A stretch of 64,000 nucleotides of DNA from Candidatus Thorarchaeota archaeon. GTDB lineage: Archaea; Asgardarchaeota; Thorarchaeia; Thorarchaeales; Thorarchaeaceae. A program made the translations under genes and the position numbers. A model generated the notes under the pieces. That model made no database searches and was not told the DNA's origin. It saw only the letters and a program-made list of their open reading frames with translations. Of this stretch, positions 1 to 9,632 are shown in pieces. The stretch lies in assembly GCA_011364985.1 (NCBI GenBank), contig RDOC01000002.1, forward strand, positions 128,001 through 192,000, in the 5' to 3' direction. The stretch's first letter is position 1. Every line of letters starts with the position of its first letter.

Positions 1-10
1 CAGCAACAGC

Positions 11-268
11 TTGGCAAACAAATTCATTATGGAACGTTGGAAAATCCGCCCTTCACAAAGAAAACGATACCGAAATCTATTCGCCGAAATACGAAAACGG
101 TCTCGTGCAATTTTCCAACATTATTTAGCACGCAGTAAAATAGAATGGAAAACAAAAGACGCTAACTATGTTTTTGGCATCTTCAAGTTCGATGAGATTA
201 GGGGCAATCTAATTCTTGGTTTTGTTCCAATATCAAACGAATCTGAATGGACCTTGCCTGTTAAATAG
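11..268 (+). CDS. hypothetical protein (may be truncated by the window edge)
   Basis: ORF track 85 aa; no recognisable motif. Confidence 0.4.
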   Translation: MANKFIMERWKIRPSQRKRYRNLFAEIRKRSRAIFQHYLARSKIEWKTKDANYVFGIFKFDEIRGNLILGFVPISNESEWTLPVK

Positions 269-282
269 GTCTCCTATATTAG

Positions 283-293
283 TTGTAATACAA
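283..293. promoter_or_regulatory. palindromic TTGTAATACAA operator-like site
   Basis: Perfect 5-1-5 palindrome in intergenic DNA upstream of the 446 ORF; the same core recurs at 1290-1300, 5412-5422 and 49112-49122. Confidence 0.5.
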
Positions 294-445
294 TTACTTA
301 TCGGACACAATCTTAAATATCGTGTATACAATTTTGTATCCATCTGAGGTCTTTCAATTAGACTAAGAAAAGAGACGCTTATAATCCTCTATTCATTGAT
401 TAAAGGAATATGAGGTTCGAAAGCTTGACAGTAGAGGAGTAATTC

Positions 446-1015
446 ATGACCGAAGAAGATTCGTTAAGAGAAACAAGAATGCCTTCGTTAAGGATAATGG
501 CAAAAAACACAAGGGATGTTATGAAGGAACCAATACTACAAAGTATTCTGGAAAAATCAATACTCACAAAAACACAACTTGAAACACTCCTTATAGACCT
601 TGTAATTGAAGATGAATTTGAGAACCACATCTCGTACAAAGAGAAAGCTTCCTTACGATCGAAGGCTGCGAGTAGATCGAGAGGTGTTTCACGAGGCGCA
701 TTCAATAGAACCCTTAATCAAGCACGCAAGAATATCACTCGATGTTTTTATACAATGCTTCTCTTAGCCTATCTTGGATTATTTGAATTTACATTCTTTT
801 CTCCTTTTGAAGAACTTGCCACCCGAATAGAAGGATATCGCCGAATTCGTGATACATTAGCAGGGAAGACAGATTTATCATCTGAGGAAATTGAAAGCTA
901 TCAATCAGCCGAACGTACCATTCTTTCAGCACTCGACTCATTGTCTACATCTCTTTCCTTGAAATCTAGACTCTCCCGACGCAAGACTGGCTCTGAAATC
1001 GAATCAGAAAGGTAA
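446..1015 (+). CDS. conserved archaeal hypothetical protein, probable HTH DNA-binding protein
   Basis: 189 aa; HTH-like segment SYKEKASLR...GVSRGAFNRTLNQAR. Confidence 0.6.
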   Translation: MTEEDSLRETRMPSLRIMAKNTRDVMKEPILQSILEKSILTKTQLETLLIDLVIEDEFENHISYKEKASLRSKAASRSRGVSRGAFNRTLNQARKNITRCFYTMLLLAYLGLFEFTFFSPFEELATRIEGYRRIRDTLAGKTDLSSEEIESYQSAERTILSALDSLSTSLSLKSRLSRRKTGSEIESER

Positions 1016-1377
1016 AGGAAAAAATAACGGCACGAGTGTATCATGCAGATGATTTGCCGCAAGACTCTTTCAGCACATCGCTCTTGCCGGCGTGGATCTT
1101 CTTGAGGTTTGTATGCTTGAGGAGATAGAGATACCAACGACGGATGACCGAGGATGCTACTGTAATCAGATTAAGCGGCACTGGCCTACTGTCATCAGCA
1201 CAATACACTCATACTAATTATGAACAAACTTCTACATAGTTCTAATCTTAGAACGGGACTCCAGTGATACAAATCTCGTGCGAACTATTATGTAATACAA
1301 ATAATACATCAAATGATTGGACCAGTAAGTCTTATTCGCCAAAAAAATGAGAGTGAAAATGATTGTGAAGACCAGCT

Positions 1378-2625
1378 GTGATGAGAATGACAGGTGACAC
1401 GAATTCCAAATTGTTTCTAAAAGCTACAAAAGACCGGATAATGACCACAGAAAGGGACAAACTGGTTTCAGAAGTAACACAAGCAATTGGAGAAAGAAGA
1501 TGTAGAGATTTGCTTGACCTAATAGCCGGCATAGAAAAGACGAAAGACTGGAAAACAGCAGTGTCAATTCTTATGGACGCATCAGATCGAAGCTACAAAA
1601 CACCGTTTACAATTCAAAACAAGAATAAGAAAATTGAGTCATTGAAATACAGAGAGGTTATATTCGAATTATTGTCTTGTCCAGGGTTAGAACCAATTCC
1701 AGAAACTACAATAAGTCTTCTGCAAAATGTTGAAAGCAAGAAGTCTTTTGCACAAGCCTCAACTATGTTTGAAGAATATGCATTAAACCAAGCTATTGAA
1801 GAAATAAGAAACCGCAATACTCTCTTCTTTGAACTTCCACATAATCATCCATTATATGAAAAACATAGATCGTTACTGGAGGAGAGAAGGAAGGAAGAGC
1901 TAGAATGCCTTCGGTTGAGTAACGTGGAGGGGAAAATCAACATAGATCAATTATGGGCGACCAGTTATGGAAGAAGGGCACTTTCCGAGCTAGGTATCAC
2001 TGGTTTCCAAATTGATTATAGTGATATCGAAGTTGTATTATCTGTATTACAAATCCCACAATCTGTAAAAGAACAGCTTAAGGCAGGAATAAAGAAAGCA
2101 AGAACGGTCCAATCAACGAACGTAGGGGAGCGAATCTCAAATCCTGATTATTCCCAGCTACTCAAATCCTTGATTGAACAAGACACTCAGATCATAAGGC
2201 TGCAAGGAAGCAGACATGCAGTACCTACTCTTAACGCACTTCTCTTTGAAGCACTGAGCCAATATCGGTCTTCCCAATCAAGTGACAAATACCGACAAAT
2301 CGTTCATTGCCTATCCGATCTTACTCTAATACGTTCCCCTGATTCTTTCACTACTTATGAAATTCTCACTAATCTACGTGATTTGAGAATAACCACTCTG
2401 GCTATATCAGCACTAGGGAATTACTACCATGATTCGGCAACAGCTATACTTATTGATTTGCTCTGTGCAACTAGAATGAAATGGATTATACAGGCTTCAC
2501 TCGAAGCGCTAAGCAATCAAATAAAAAAACATCCTCAAGCGAAATATTCCATCAAAGCAGCAATTGACTCGGGTTGCAAAAACGCTGGTGATCTGGAACA
2601 TCTAATTAAGCAATATGGCAAATGA
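1378..2625 (+). CDS. hypothetical protein with C-terminal HEAT-like helical repeats
   Basis: 415-aa ORF; AISALGNY...LIDLLC...SLEALSN pattern. Confidence 0.65.
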   Translation: MMRMTGDTNSKLFLKATKDRIMTTERDKLVSEVTQAIGERRCRDLLDLIAGIEKTKDWKTAVSILMDASDRSYKTPFTIQNKNKKIESLKYREVIFELLSCPGLEPIPETTISLLQNVESKKSFAQASTMFEEYALNQAIEEIRNRNTLFFELPHNHPLYEKHRSLLEERRKEELECLRLSNVEGKINIDQLWATSYGRRALSELGITGFQIDYSDIEVVLSVLQIPQSVKEQLKAGIKKARTVQSTNVGERISNPDYSQLLKSLIEQDTQIIRLQGSRHAVPTLNALLFEALSQYRSSQSSDKYRQIVHCLSDLTLIRSPDSFTTYEILTNLRDLRITTLAISALGNYYHDSATAILIDLLCATRMKWIIQASLEALSNQIKKHPQAKYSIKAAIDSGCKNAGDLEHLIKQYGK

Positions 2626-2637
2626 ATAATAGCTACA

Positions 2638-4098
2638 ATGCTCGCAATGCAATCCTCGACAAACATAAATCTACAAGAAGTTCGGCTCAAAGCTATGACC
2701 AGTTCAGAAACATCTAATCTGTCAGAGATAGACCCCTTTTTCAATCCACAATCTGTTGCACTAATTGGAGCTTCATCAGACTATCGTAAACTAGGAAATT
2801 CGATTTTGATGAATCTTCTTGCATCAGAGATTGATGTATTTCCTGTAACACGAAACAGAGAAAGCATTTTGGGCGTCCGTGCTTATGGGTCTCTTAAAGA
2901 GATACCAAAACCAGTAGATTTGGTCATTGTTGCAGTTGCAGCTAAGTACTGTACAGATCTCATGACGCAAATCAGGAAAGCTGGTGCGAAAAACGCAGTC
3001 ATTATCTCAGGAGGTTTCAGTGAAGTTGGAACTGAAGGTGCAGCTATGGAAGAAGAGCTGGTCAAAGCAGCAAAGACGGCTGGTGTGCGCATAATTGGTC
3101 CAAATTGTGTAGGTGTTTCCAATAGTAAGGTGTTTAATGGTACATTTACAATGATGCCAGAACGCGGGAACATTGCCTTAGTATCTCAGAGTGGTGCTCT
3201 TGGTGGCATGCTAATCTATACTACAAGAGCAAAGCGTATTGGAATTAGCAAGTTCGCAAGTATTGGAAATGCAGCAGATGTAAGCTTCGTTGAGATTCTA
3301 GACTATTTCAAAGACGATCCGAAAAGCAGTGTTATTGCAGTCTATGTAGAGGGCTTAGAAGATGGCCGCAATCTTTTCAATTCTTTCAAGGCTGCAGCTT
3401 CGCAGAAACCCGTAGTAATATTAAAGGGTGGTCGGAGCGAGGCCGGAAACAGGGCAACGAAATCTCATACCGGTTCTCTTGCCGGTTCCAGTCATATCTT
3501 TGAAGGAGTAATCAAACAAGCAGGTTGTGTTTTGGCACCAACTCTTGATTCACTACTAGAAATATGCAAGCTCTTTGACTTTCAACCTCTGCCTCAAGGT
3601 TCTAATATTGGTATCATAAGTAATACAGGTGGAGCAGCTGTATTAGCAGCAGATGCTGCTTCAAATCTAGGCCTTAACATCCCACTCCTTTCAAGTGAAA
3701 CAAGGCATGAATTGCGGCAGGCATTGTCTCCAATGGCAGCAATTGACAACCCTGTTGACGTTGTAGCAAGTGGTGGTAGAAGAGAGTATCGACTCACTAC
3801 AGAGTACATGCTAAAAGATTCAAACATAGACATGCTCCTTGTTATTTGCGGTGTGCCCACATTTGCTGGAATGACACAGACGGAACATGCAGCTGGTACG
3901 TTGGAAGGAGTAAGAACAGCAGATACTAGAAAACCTGTTGTTGGAGTATGGCTAGCTGGCGATGTTGGTAAACCTGGAAAGGACTTGCTTGAAATGAATC
4001 AAATTCCCTGCTATGATGATCCTACTATGGCTGCTCTTTGCATGGCACATATCACGGAATACTCTCAAATGCATTTCAATAAGCAGAAGAAAGATTGA
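2638..4098 (+). CDS. acdA: acetate/acyl-CoA ligase (ADP-forming) alpha subunit
   Basis: CoA-binding N-terminus FNPQSVALIGAS, IIGPNCVG, SQSGAL, SHTGSLAG (phospho-His), NPVD. Confidence 0.9.
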   Translation: MLAMQSSTNINLQEVRLKAMTSSETSNLSEIDPFFNPQSVALIGASSDYRKLGNSILMNLLASEIDVFPVTRNRESILGVRAYGSLKEIPKPVDLVIVAVAAKYCTDLMTQIRKAGAKNAVIISGGFSEVGTEGAAMEEELVKAAKTAGVRIIGPNCVGVSNSKVFNGTFTMMPERGNIALVSQSGALGGMLIYTTRAKRIGISKFASIGNAADVSFVEILDYFKDDPKSSVIAVYVEGLEDGRNLFNSFKAAASQKPVVILKGGRSEAGNRATKSHTGSLAGSSHIFEGVIKQAGCVLAPTLDSLLEICKLFDFQPLPQGSNIGIISNTGGAAVLAADAASNLGLNIPLLSSETRHELRQALSPMAAIDNPVDVVASGGRREYRLTTEYMLKDSNIDMLLVICGVPTFAGMTQTEHAAGTLEGVRTADTRKPVVGVWLAGDVGKPGKDLLEMNQIPCYDDPTMAALCMAHITEYSQMHFNKQKKD

Positions 4099-4101
4099 TC
4101 C

Positions 4102-4404
4102 TTACAAGCTAAGATACTCATCTGCTATATCAGGAAATTCCTTTGCTACCGCATCTCTTAGCTTACGTTCAACCCACATACTTAGGTTAATAGCTCTTTC
4201 GTTTCTTACAGCCTGCAAACATGACCGTAAATCCGCTGCAATGGAGAAAGATACTATTGGGCTCTTTCTCTCTTTGTTGGGAACTGAAACTACAGCTTCT
4301 GCTGGAGTTTGTTTTCCTAGACTTATTTCAACAGAAGACTTAGTCGCATCTTCATCATCCGATTTTCTCTCTTCTTCTTTGCGATATTTTCCTAAGAGAC
4401 TCAA
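4102..4404 (-). CDS. small protein with charged/disordered N-terminus and C-terminal ribbon-helix-helix-like domain
   Basis: GAGGTG RBS before TTG; IVSFSIAADL...INLSMWVERKLRDAV strand-helix-helix pattern; 2 bp downstream of the ATPase gene. Confidence 0.65.
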   Translation of the reverse strand: MSLLGKYRKEEERKSDDEDATKSSVEISLGKQTPAEAVVSVPNKERKSPIVSFSIAADLRSCLQAVRNERAINLSMWVERKLRDAVAKEFPDIADEYLSL

Positions 4405-4406
4405 TA

Positions 4407-5381
4407 CTAGCGCACCTCTCTAAGTATTGTAGCATAAGCTTCCGCTACCAGTTTGGCAATATCCTTAGTCACCTCTGGATTACCAGATCGCCTTAGATTC
4501 TCCGCAGCCACCTGTTGACATCCTCGCGCCAACATTCGAATATCTCTCGGATTTCCCTTAGCTGCATCATTAATCACCTTAACAGCTTCATCGGTAAAGG
4601 GCGAAATGTCAGTGTTGTTTGGATTGAAGCTATCAATATCACCCTGAGCATAGGCAATTCTTCTTCCGATAAACTCCTTAGCTTTCATATCATCAAGAGC
4701 TGGGACATCAAGTGGTTCTGTTCTATCAGCAATCTGTGGCAAGAAACTAAGCATTGCATTCCAATATACATTGGTACCCGACATTATCAATGTAATAATC
4801 GGCTCATCTAAGACTTCAGGATATTCATCCTTCATTTCCTGAGTTGGTAAATCAGCCAAATATCTGAGCTTGTGAAAAGCTGCCTCTTGATTATCAGCCA
4901 CGTCTTCTACAAATAACGCGGTACGTGATTTTTCTTCGATGTATCTTCTAACACATTCCTTAGCTACTGCCTCAATAATCTGACTTGATTCCCATGACCT
5001 TCTATATTTTACTCTCAATGAATCAGCAATAGCTGCGGACATCTGCTTTTCATAGAGACCAGTCATCCCGACATAGCCAGTCACAAACTTGTTACCTTTC
5101 CGATCAGCCAAAGTAGGAAGGTCTCTCAAAGCTAAAAGCATCAGTGTGCTTTTTCCTGATCCTACAGGTCCTCTAAGGAATATATGTCGTTCATTTGTAA
5201 TTATCAAGTCAACTATACTATCGAGGAAATCCGGATGTTCTACATATAATCTAGAATCCGGCATCTTGAATCCACGAAACGGGGAGAATCGTGCACCAAT
5301 CTTTTCTTCCCATGCTCGCAAAACCTCCTTGCGAGTATTGAAATGACGAATCAATGCACTCTCATGTATCGCGATTGTCAT
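4407..5381 (-). CDS. AAA+ ATPase (ExeA/Cdc6-like ATPase core, no winged helix)
   Basis: Walker A GPVGSGKST, Walker B-like ALFVED, lid motif FTDEAV...GNPRDI; start placed at ATG 5381 after GAGGT. Confidence 0.8.
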   Translation of the reverse strand: MTIAIHESALIRHFNTRKEVLRAWEEKIGARFSPFRGFKMPDSRLYVEHPDFLDSIVDLIITNERHIFLRGPVGSGKSTLMLLALRDLPTLADRKGNKFVTGYVGMTGLYEKQMSAAIADSLRVKYRRSWESSQIIEAVAKECVRRYIEEKSRTALFVEDVADNQEAAFHKLRYLADLPTQEMKDEYPEVLDEPIITLIMSGTNVYWNAMLSFLPQIADRTEPLDVPALDDMKAKEFIGRRIAYAQGDIDSFNPNNTDISPFTDEAVKVINDAAKGNPRDIRMLARGCQQVAAENLRRSGNPEVTKDIAKLVAEAYATILREVR

Positions 5382-5403
5382 ATTGGCGACCTCATGTATC
5401 ACA

Positions 5404-5430
5404 TGTACTTATTGTAATACAATAAGTACA
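5404..5430. promoter_or_regulatory. perfect 27-bp palindrome (13-1-13), putative operator
   Basis: TGTACTTATTGTA-A-TACAATAAGTACA lying between TTATAA (5443-5448) and the ATPase start. Confidence 0.75.
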
Positions 5431-5599
5431 GGTTTGTATTAGTTATAAGTTGCGCGGTTATTATGTTCAATTGCAATTCATCAAAAACAAAGTTTTCAAA
5501 TCGTGACCACAAGACACAACCTTTTTGAACAGATTTCATTGACTTCATCCTGAATCAAATCTGACGTATACAAACTGGAATCCTAGGAGAAGACCGTTT

Positions 5600-5878
5600 A
5601 TGGACGTTGATAGAATTCAACATATACTGACATCTTTAATGATACTAAGCTTTCTTATTTTCGGAGGACTTTCAATCATAATCTTAATCACAAATGCTCC
5701 TCTTTCGAACGGAACAGTGGCTCTTCCTTTTGCTTTCCTATTCGTATCTATGATGACTTTAATCACAACCGGCCTTATTGAAGAGAAACCTACTACTGCA
5801 AGTAGACATGTCAATCAATGGTTGATTCTATGCGCCTTTATGGTATTTGTATCTGCACTTGTTTTCATATTCTCTTGA
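5600..5878 (+). CDS. small membrane protein (3 TM)
   Basis: Hydrophobic 92-aa ORF with GGAG upstream. Confidence 0.7.
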   Translation: MDVDRIQHILTSLMILSFLIFGGLSIIILITNAPLSNGTVALPFAFLFVSMMTLITTGLIEEKPTTASRHVNQWLILCAFMVFVSALVFIFS

Positions 5879-5963
5879 ACTTAACATAAAGATTTTAGGA
5901 AAGAGGAATTTGAAGAGGCTTCCCCAAAGCTTGCTAATCACCGCCTAGTCGAAGTGAATACAA

Positions 5964-6590
5964 ATGAGCAAGATTCTGCCAGGAACAAAGACCACAAGAA
6001 TGGAGCTACTTAGGCTCAAGAATCGAATGCGTTTGGCAGAACGCGGACACGATCTTTTGAAAGAGAAGCGTGATAGTCTCATTATGGAGTTCTTCAATGC
6101 GATTGCTGAAATCAAAGAAGCAAGAGAAAAGGTCGAAACGGATCTCATAGAGGCATTCTCAGCTCTTACCAAAGCAAAAATGGTAATGGGACCTTCAGCA
6201 GTTGTAGAATTTGCACGCTCATCAAGAGTTCAGGCGAATCTCTCAATTTCAACACGAAGCATGATGGGTGTTCTTGTCCCAGTACTATCAGTTGAACAGC
6301 ATACTCCCAATATACCATATTCCTTGCCTGATTCAAGTGCCCAACTAGATGTGATGGCAGTTAAGTTTCAAGAAGCCCTTAAGTCTATCGTTCGACTAGC
6401 AGAAATCGATTCAACAGTAAAACGTCTCGCTCTTGAAATCGAAAGGACAAAGCGTCGAGTTTCAGCGCTCGAATCTGTTGTCATTCCTCGCCTAGAAGCC
6501 ACATCAAAATATGTCAAACTTGCGCTTGAAGAACGCGAAAGAGAGGACTTCTTCCGTATTAAGATGATCCGTGACCGGATGCATGAATAA
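5964..6590 (+). CDS. atpD: A/V-type ATP synthase subunit D
   Basis: TRMELLRLK...RGHDLLKEKRD and EIERTKRRVSALE...LEERERE signatures. Confidence 0.95.
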   Translation: MSKILPGTKTTRMELLRLKNRMRLAERGHDLLKEKRDSLIMEFFNAIAEIKEAREKVETDLIEAFSALTKAKMVMGPSAVVEFARSSRVQANLSISTRSMMGVLVPVLSVEQHTPNIPYSLPDSSAQLDVMAVKFQEALKSIVRLAEIDSTVKRLALEIERTKRRVSALESVVIPRLEATSKYVKLALEEREREDFFRIKMIRDRMHE

Positions 6591-6605
6591 CGTAATGCTT
6601 GTATC

Positions 6606-7001
6606 CTACCTACGCCTTAGTTTCAATATTGCTGCAGCCAAATCTCCACCAGTATCCTTCAATGCCTGCAATGCGACTTCAATGTTAACACCTGTTTGAC
6701 TGGCCACAAGTGCTGCATCTTCCATTGGCACTTCAATCCTCTTTACCGGTTCTATTTCTTTCTCATCAATTTCTCCCTTAGTAAGAGCACGTTCGGAACG
6801 GATGCCAGAAACTTGGAAGGACTCAGTCCCTGACTGTTTAATCATAATGACCTGAGGATCATCAAGTACCCATTCTTTGTCATAAAAGCGAAATATCACC
6901 TCTTCGACGCCGGTAACTTCACTCTGTTCAATTCCCATCTGCTTCATCATTCGGGTAAGGCTACGAGATGAAACTCTACTAGATCTTCGGCCCATGTACA
7001 A
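6606..7001 (-). CDS. nac: nascent polypeptide-associated complex protein (archaeal NAC)
   Basis: RMMKQMGI NAC domain plus UBA domain (LVASQTGV...GGDLAAAIL). Confidence 0.92.
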   Translation of the reverse strand: MYMGRRSSRVSSRSLTRMMKQMGIEQSEVTGVEEVIFRFYDKEWVLDDPQVIMIKQSGTESFQVSGIRSERALTKGEIDEKEIEPVKRIEVPMEDAALVASQTGVNIEVALQALKDTGGDLAAAILKLRRR

Positions 7002-7070
7002 TTCCTCGAAATGCGATTCAATACCTTTGACAAAGATAGATACTTGAGCGATAGATAAAACGATTTTGTT

Positions 7071-7907
7071 TCACACCCGACCTTTTCGAGAGAGAACAAT
7101 GTCAAAGACATAATGTTTCACAGACGGTGCATAATTCTTAATCATAGTTATCGAAATAGATGGAAGAAAATCATGTCCAGAGCATACATCTTCTACATGC
7201 TTCACAATCTCTTCCTTGTTGTCTTCTTGTTGTGCAATATGCATATGCACAATACCCCCGCTCTTCTTTAAAGCACTAATTGCATAGCCAAGAAAGCAAT
7301 TCGTATCATGCAAGTATCCCATGACTACCCTATCCACATTTTCATCGGGCTGGAATTCCTTGCAATCTCCTAAGAATGGTTTCACCTTTTGTTCAACCTT
7401 GTTGAGTCTGATGTTTTCAAGAAGAAAATCGTATGCTACAGGGTTGATCTCTGTTGCATAGACTTTTCTTGCATTATTCATGGCAATTGGAATTGAGAAC
7501 TGACCAACACAAGCAAACATATCGAAAACAGTTTCTCCGGGTCGAGTAATTGAAGCCATTCTGATTCTTTCTTGTATATTTCCTCCAGAAAAAGTCAGGA
7601 CAAGTGGGTCAAGTTTGTACTTCACTCCCCCTTCCGTATGTATAACAATAGTATCTTGTATTCCTGCCACTATCATATAATTAGGATGTCTCTCTACTCC
7701 AACTGTCGGTCCAGTTCTTATTGCAACAGAACGAATTCTATTATCATACTGAAGTGTTGCTTCCCCTATTTCTTTTGAATATTTCATAAGTTCCCTTTTT
7801 ATTTGCAATAGGGCAACATGTCCTACGAGATGGTATCCTGAAGGTAAGGATTCGATGTTTGAAATAGCTCCTGCTAACCGATGTTCAATAAATTCTCTGT
7901 ATCTCAT
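7071..7907 (-). CDS. Trm5/Taw2 (Met-10+) family SAM-dependent tRNA-modifying enzyme
   Basis: FSGGNIQERIR, VFDMFACVGQF, EINP, DRVVMGY motifs. Confidence 0.85.
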   Translation of the reverse strand: MRYREFIEHRLAGAISNIESLPSGYHLVGHVALLQIKRELMKYSKEIGEATLQYDNRIRSVAIRTGPTVGVERHPNYMIVAGIQDTIVIHTEGGVKYKLDPLVLTFSGGNIQERIRMASITRPGETVFDMFACVGQFSIPIAMNNARKVYATEINPVAYDFLLENIRLNKVEQKVKPFLGDCKEFQPDENVDRVVMGYLHDTNCFLGYAISALKKSGGIVHMHIAQQEDNKEEIVKHVEDVCSGHDFLPSISITMIKNYAPSVKHYVFDIVLSRKGRV

Positions 7908-7944
7908 TTCCAGCCCGAGCGTGTAATATTTGTATTGCTATTTC

Positions 7945-9147
7945 CTAGCAATAAAGACTACTAGGAGCTTGATCTCCCTTTCCACGGCTCTGCAACTTCC
8001 CAATGGCTTTGCTGAAGTCTTCACTTGTAACACATATTCTACTGTCACGAATGGCAAACATTCCCGCTTCTGTGCAAATTGCCTTGATATCTGCGCCTGT
8101 CAAGTTATGAGTTGCAGAAACTAATCTACCAAAGTCAACGTTTTCGTGAAGATTCATTCCTCGAGTATGAATCTTAAATATCTCACCCCTGCTTTCATCA
8201 TCTGGTGTTGGAAACTCAATTATTCTGTCGAAGCGCCCTGGTCGCAACAGAGCAGGGTCCAAGATATCTGGCCGATTTGTTGCTCCAAGTACAGCAACCT
8301 GCCCTCGATTTTCAAACCCATCTAATTCGCTCAGGAGTTGCATAAGCGTCCGCTGAACTTCTCTGTCACCTGATGTGGCAATATCCAAACGATGGGAACC
8401 AACAGCGTCAAGTTCATCAACGAATACTATTGCAGGAGCTTTTTCTTTGGCCAACATAAATATCTCACGCACAAGCCTAGCTCCTTCACCAATAAATTTC
8501 TGCACAAGCTCTGATCCTATAACGCGAATAAATGTAGCATTTGTTTCGTGTGCTACAGCTCTGGCACATAGAGTTTTTCCGGTACCAGGGGGTCCTGTCA
8601 ATAACACTCCCTTTGGAGGTTCAATTCCAACCTGAGCAAATAGGTCCGGTTTTAATAGAGGCAGTTCAACAGTTTCACGAATTTCTCTAAGCTGATCCTT
8701 AAGACCACCTATATCTGCGAAGGATACATCAGGCGCTTCTTCAATTTCCATAGCTCGAATCATTGGATCCTTTGGCGGAGGCAATTCTTGCGTTACGGCA
8801 AATGAACGTTGGTTCAGCGCTACACGCATTCCAGGCTGCATACGTTCTTTTGGAATTGAGGAATGAACATGAACAACGAAGTTCGGTCCTGTAGAACTCT
8901 TAACGATGGCTCGGCCATCCTCTAATATTTCAATGACTGATGCTGTAATGAGAGGTGATTGTCTGAGTTTCTCAAGCTCTGTTCTCAGAGTTTGATTATC
9001 CTTTTCAAGTCGACTTCTTTCGGCTTGAAGTATCTGTTTCTCAGTTTCCAAAGCACGAAGCCGTCGTTCGAGATGCCGGGTGTAATTCTGAGTATAAGTA
9101 GTATCTTCGATGCTTCCTTCTTTCTTAGCATCAGTCGTCCCTGGCAA
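7945..9147 (-). CDS. pan: proteasome-activating nucleotidase
   Basis: Coiled coil + OB fold + AAA (GPPGTGKT, FVDELD, DREVQRT, ALLRPGRFDR); C-terminal HbYX motif LYC. Confidence 0.96.
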   Translation of the reverse strand: MPGTTDAKKEGSIEDTTYTQNYTRHLERRLRALETEKQILQAERSRLEKDNQTLRTELEKLRQSPLITASVIEILEDGRAIVKSSTGPNFVVHVHSSIPKERMQPGMRVALNQRSFAVTQELPPPKDPMIRAMEIEEAPDVSFADIGGLKDQLREIRETVELPLLKPDLFAQVGIEPPKGVLLTGPPGTGKTLCARAVAHETNATFIRVIGSELVQKFIGEGARLVREIFMLAKEKAPAIVFVDELDAVGSHRLDIATSGDREVQRTLMQLLSELDGFENRGQVAVLGATNRPDILDPALLRPGRFDRIIEFPTPDDESRGEIFKIHTRGMNLHENVDFGRLVSATHNLTGADIKAICTEAGMFAIRDSRICVTSEDFSKAIGKLQSRGKGDQAPSSLYC

Positions 9148-9382
9148 TCCTTGTCACCTCACGCCTCAATCTGCTAACTAGTGTTTTAAGGGTTGCTAAC
9201 AGCTCTCTAAGGCCTAAGCAAAGTCGAACATTCATCAGACAGGAGTTGAATGAATTAGTTTATATCTTCAGTATCACAATATCTCGAAGGCTTGGTATAT
9301 GTCCAAAGATGATTATTAGACACCAAGACTCGCATGGTCACACTATGTCAGGACTCTTGGCAACTATCAAGGAGTTCTACTC

Positions 9383-9625
9383 ATGTCTGTCTGTGTGTAC
9401 TGCCATGAGTATGATGAACACTTTCATGCTGATGTGGATGCTGCAAGGAATACAATGTATATTCAAGAGCCCACTACCGTTTGTGGACGGACTGCTTATA
9501 CTTCATGTCCAAGTTTGTCCAACTTACAATTAATGGTTACTTTGAAATCAGTCACCTATTTCTATTTCCTATTGTCTTGCCAGTCGACAACTTTTATCTT
9601 CATTCCCACTATTCTCAAAATGTGA
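9383..9625 (+). CDS. possible small Cys/His-rich protein
   Basis: AGGAG before ATG; N-terminal CxxC; no recognised family. Confidence 0.25.
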   Translation: MSVCVYCHEYDEHFHADVDAARNTMYIQEPTTVCGRTAYTSCPSLSNLQLMVTLKSVTYFYFLLSCQSTTFIFIPTILKM

Positions 9626-9632
9626 ATTAAAG

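Noticed and set aside
4407-5381. Canonical Orc1/Cdc6 and replication origin
   Set aside because: No C-terminal winged helix and no recognisable ORB repeats with G-strings nearby
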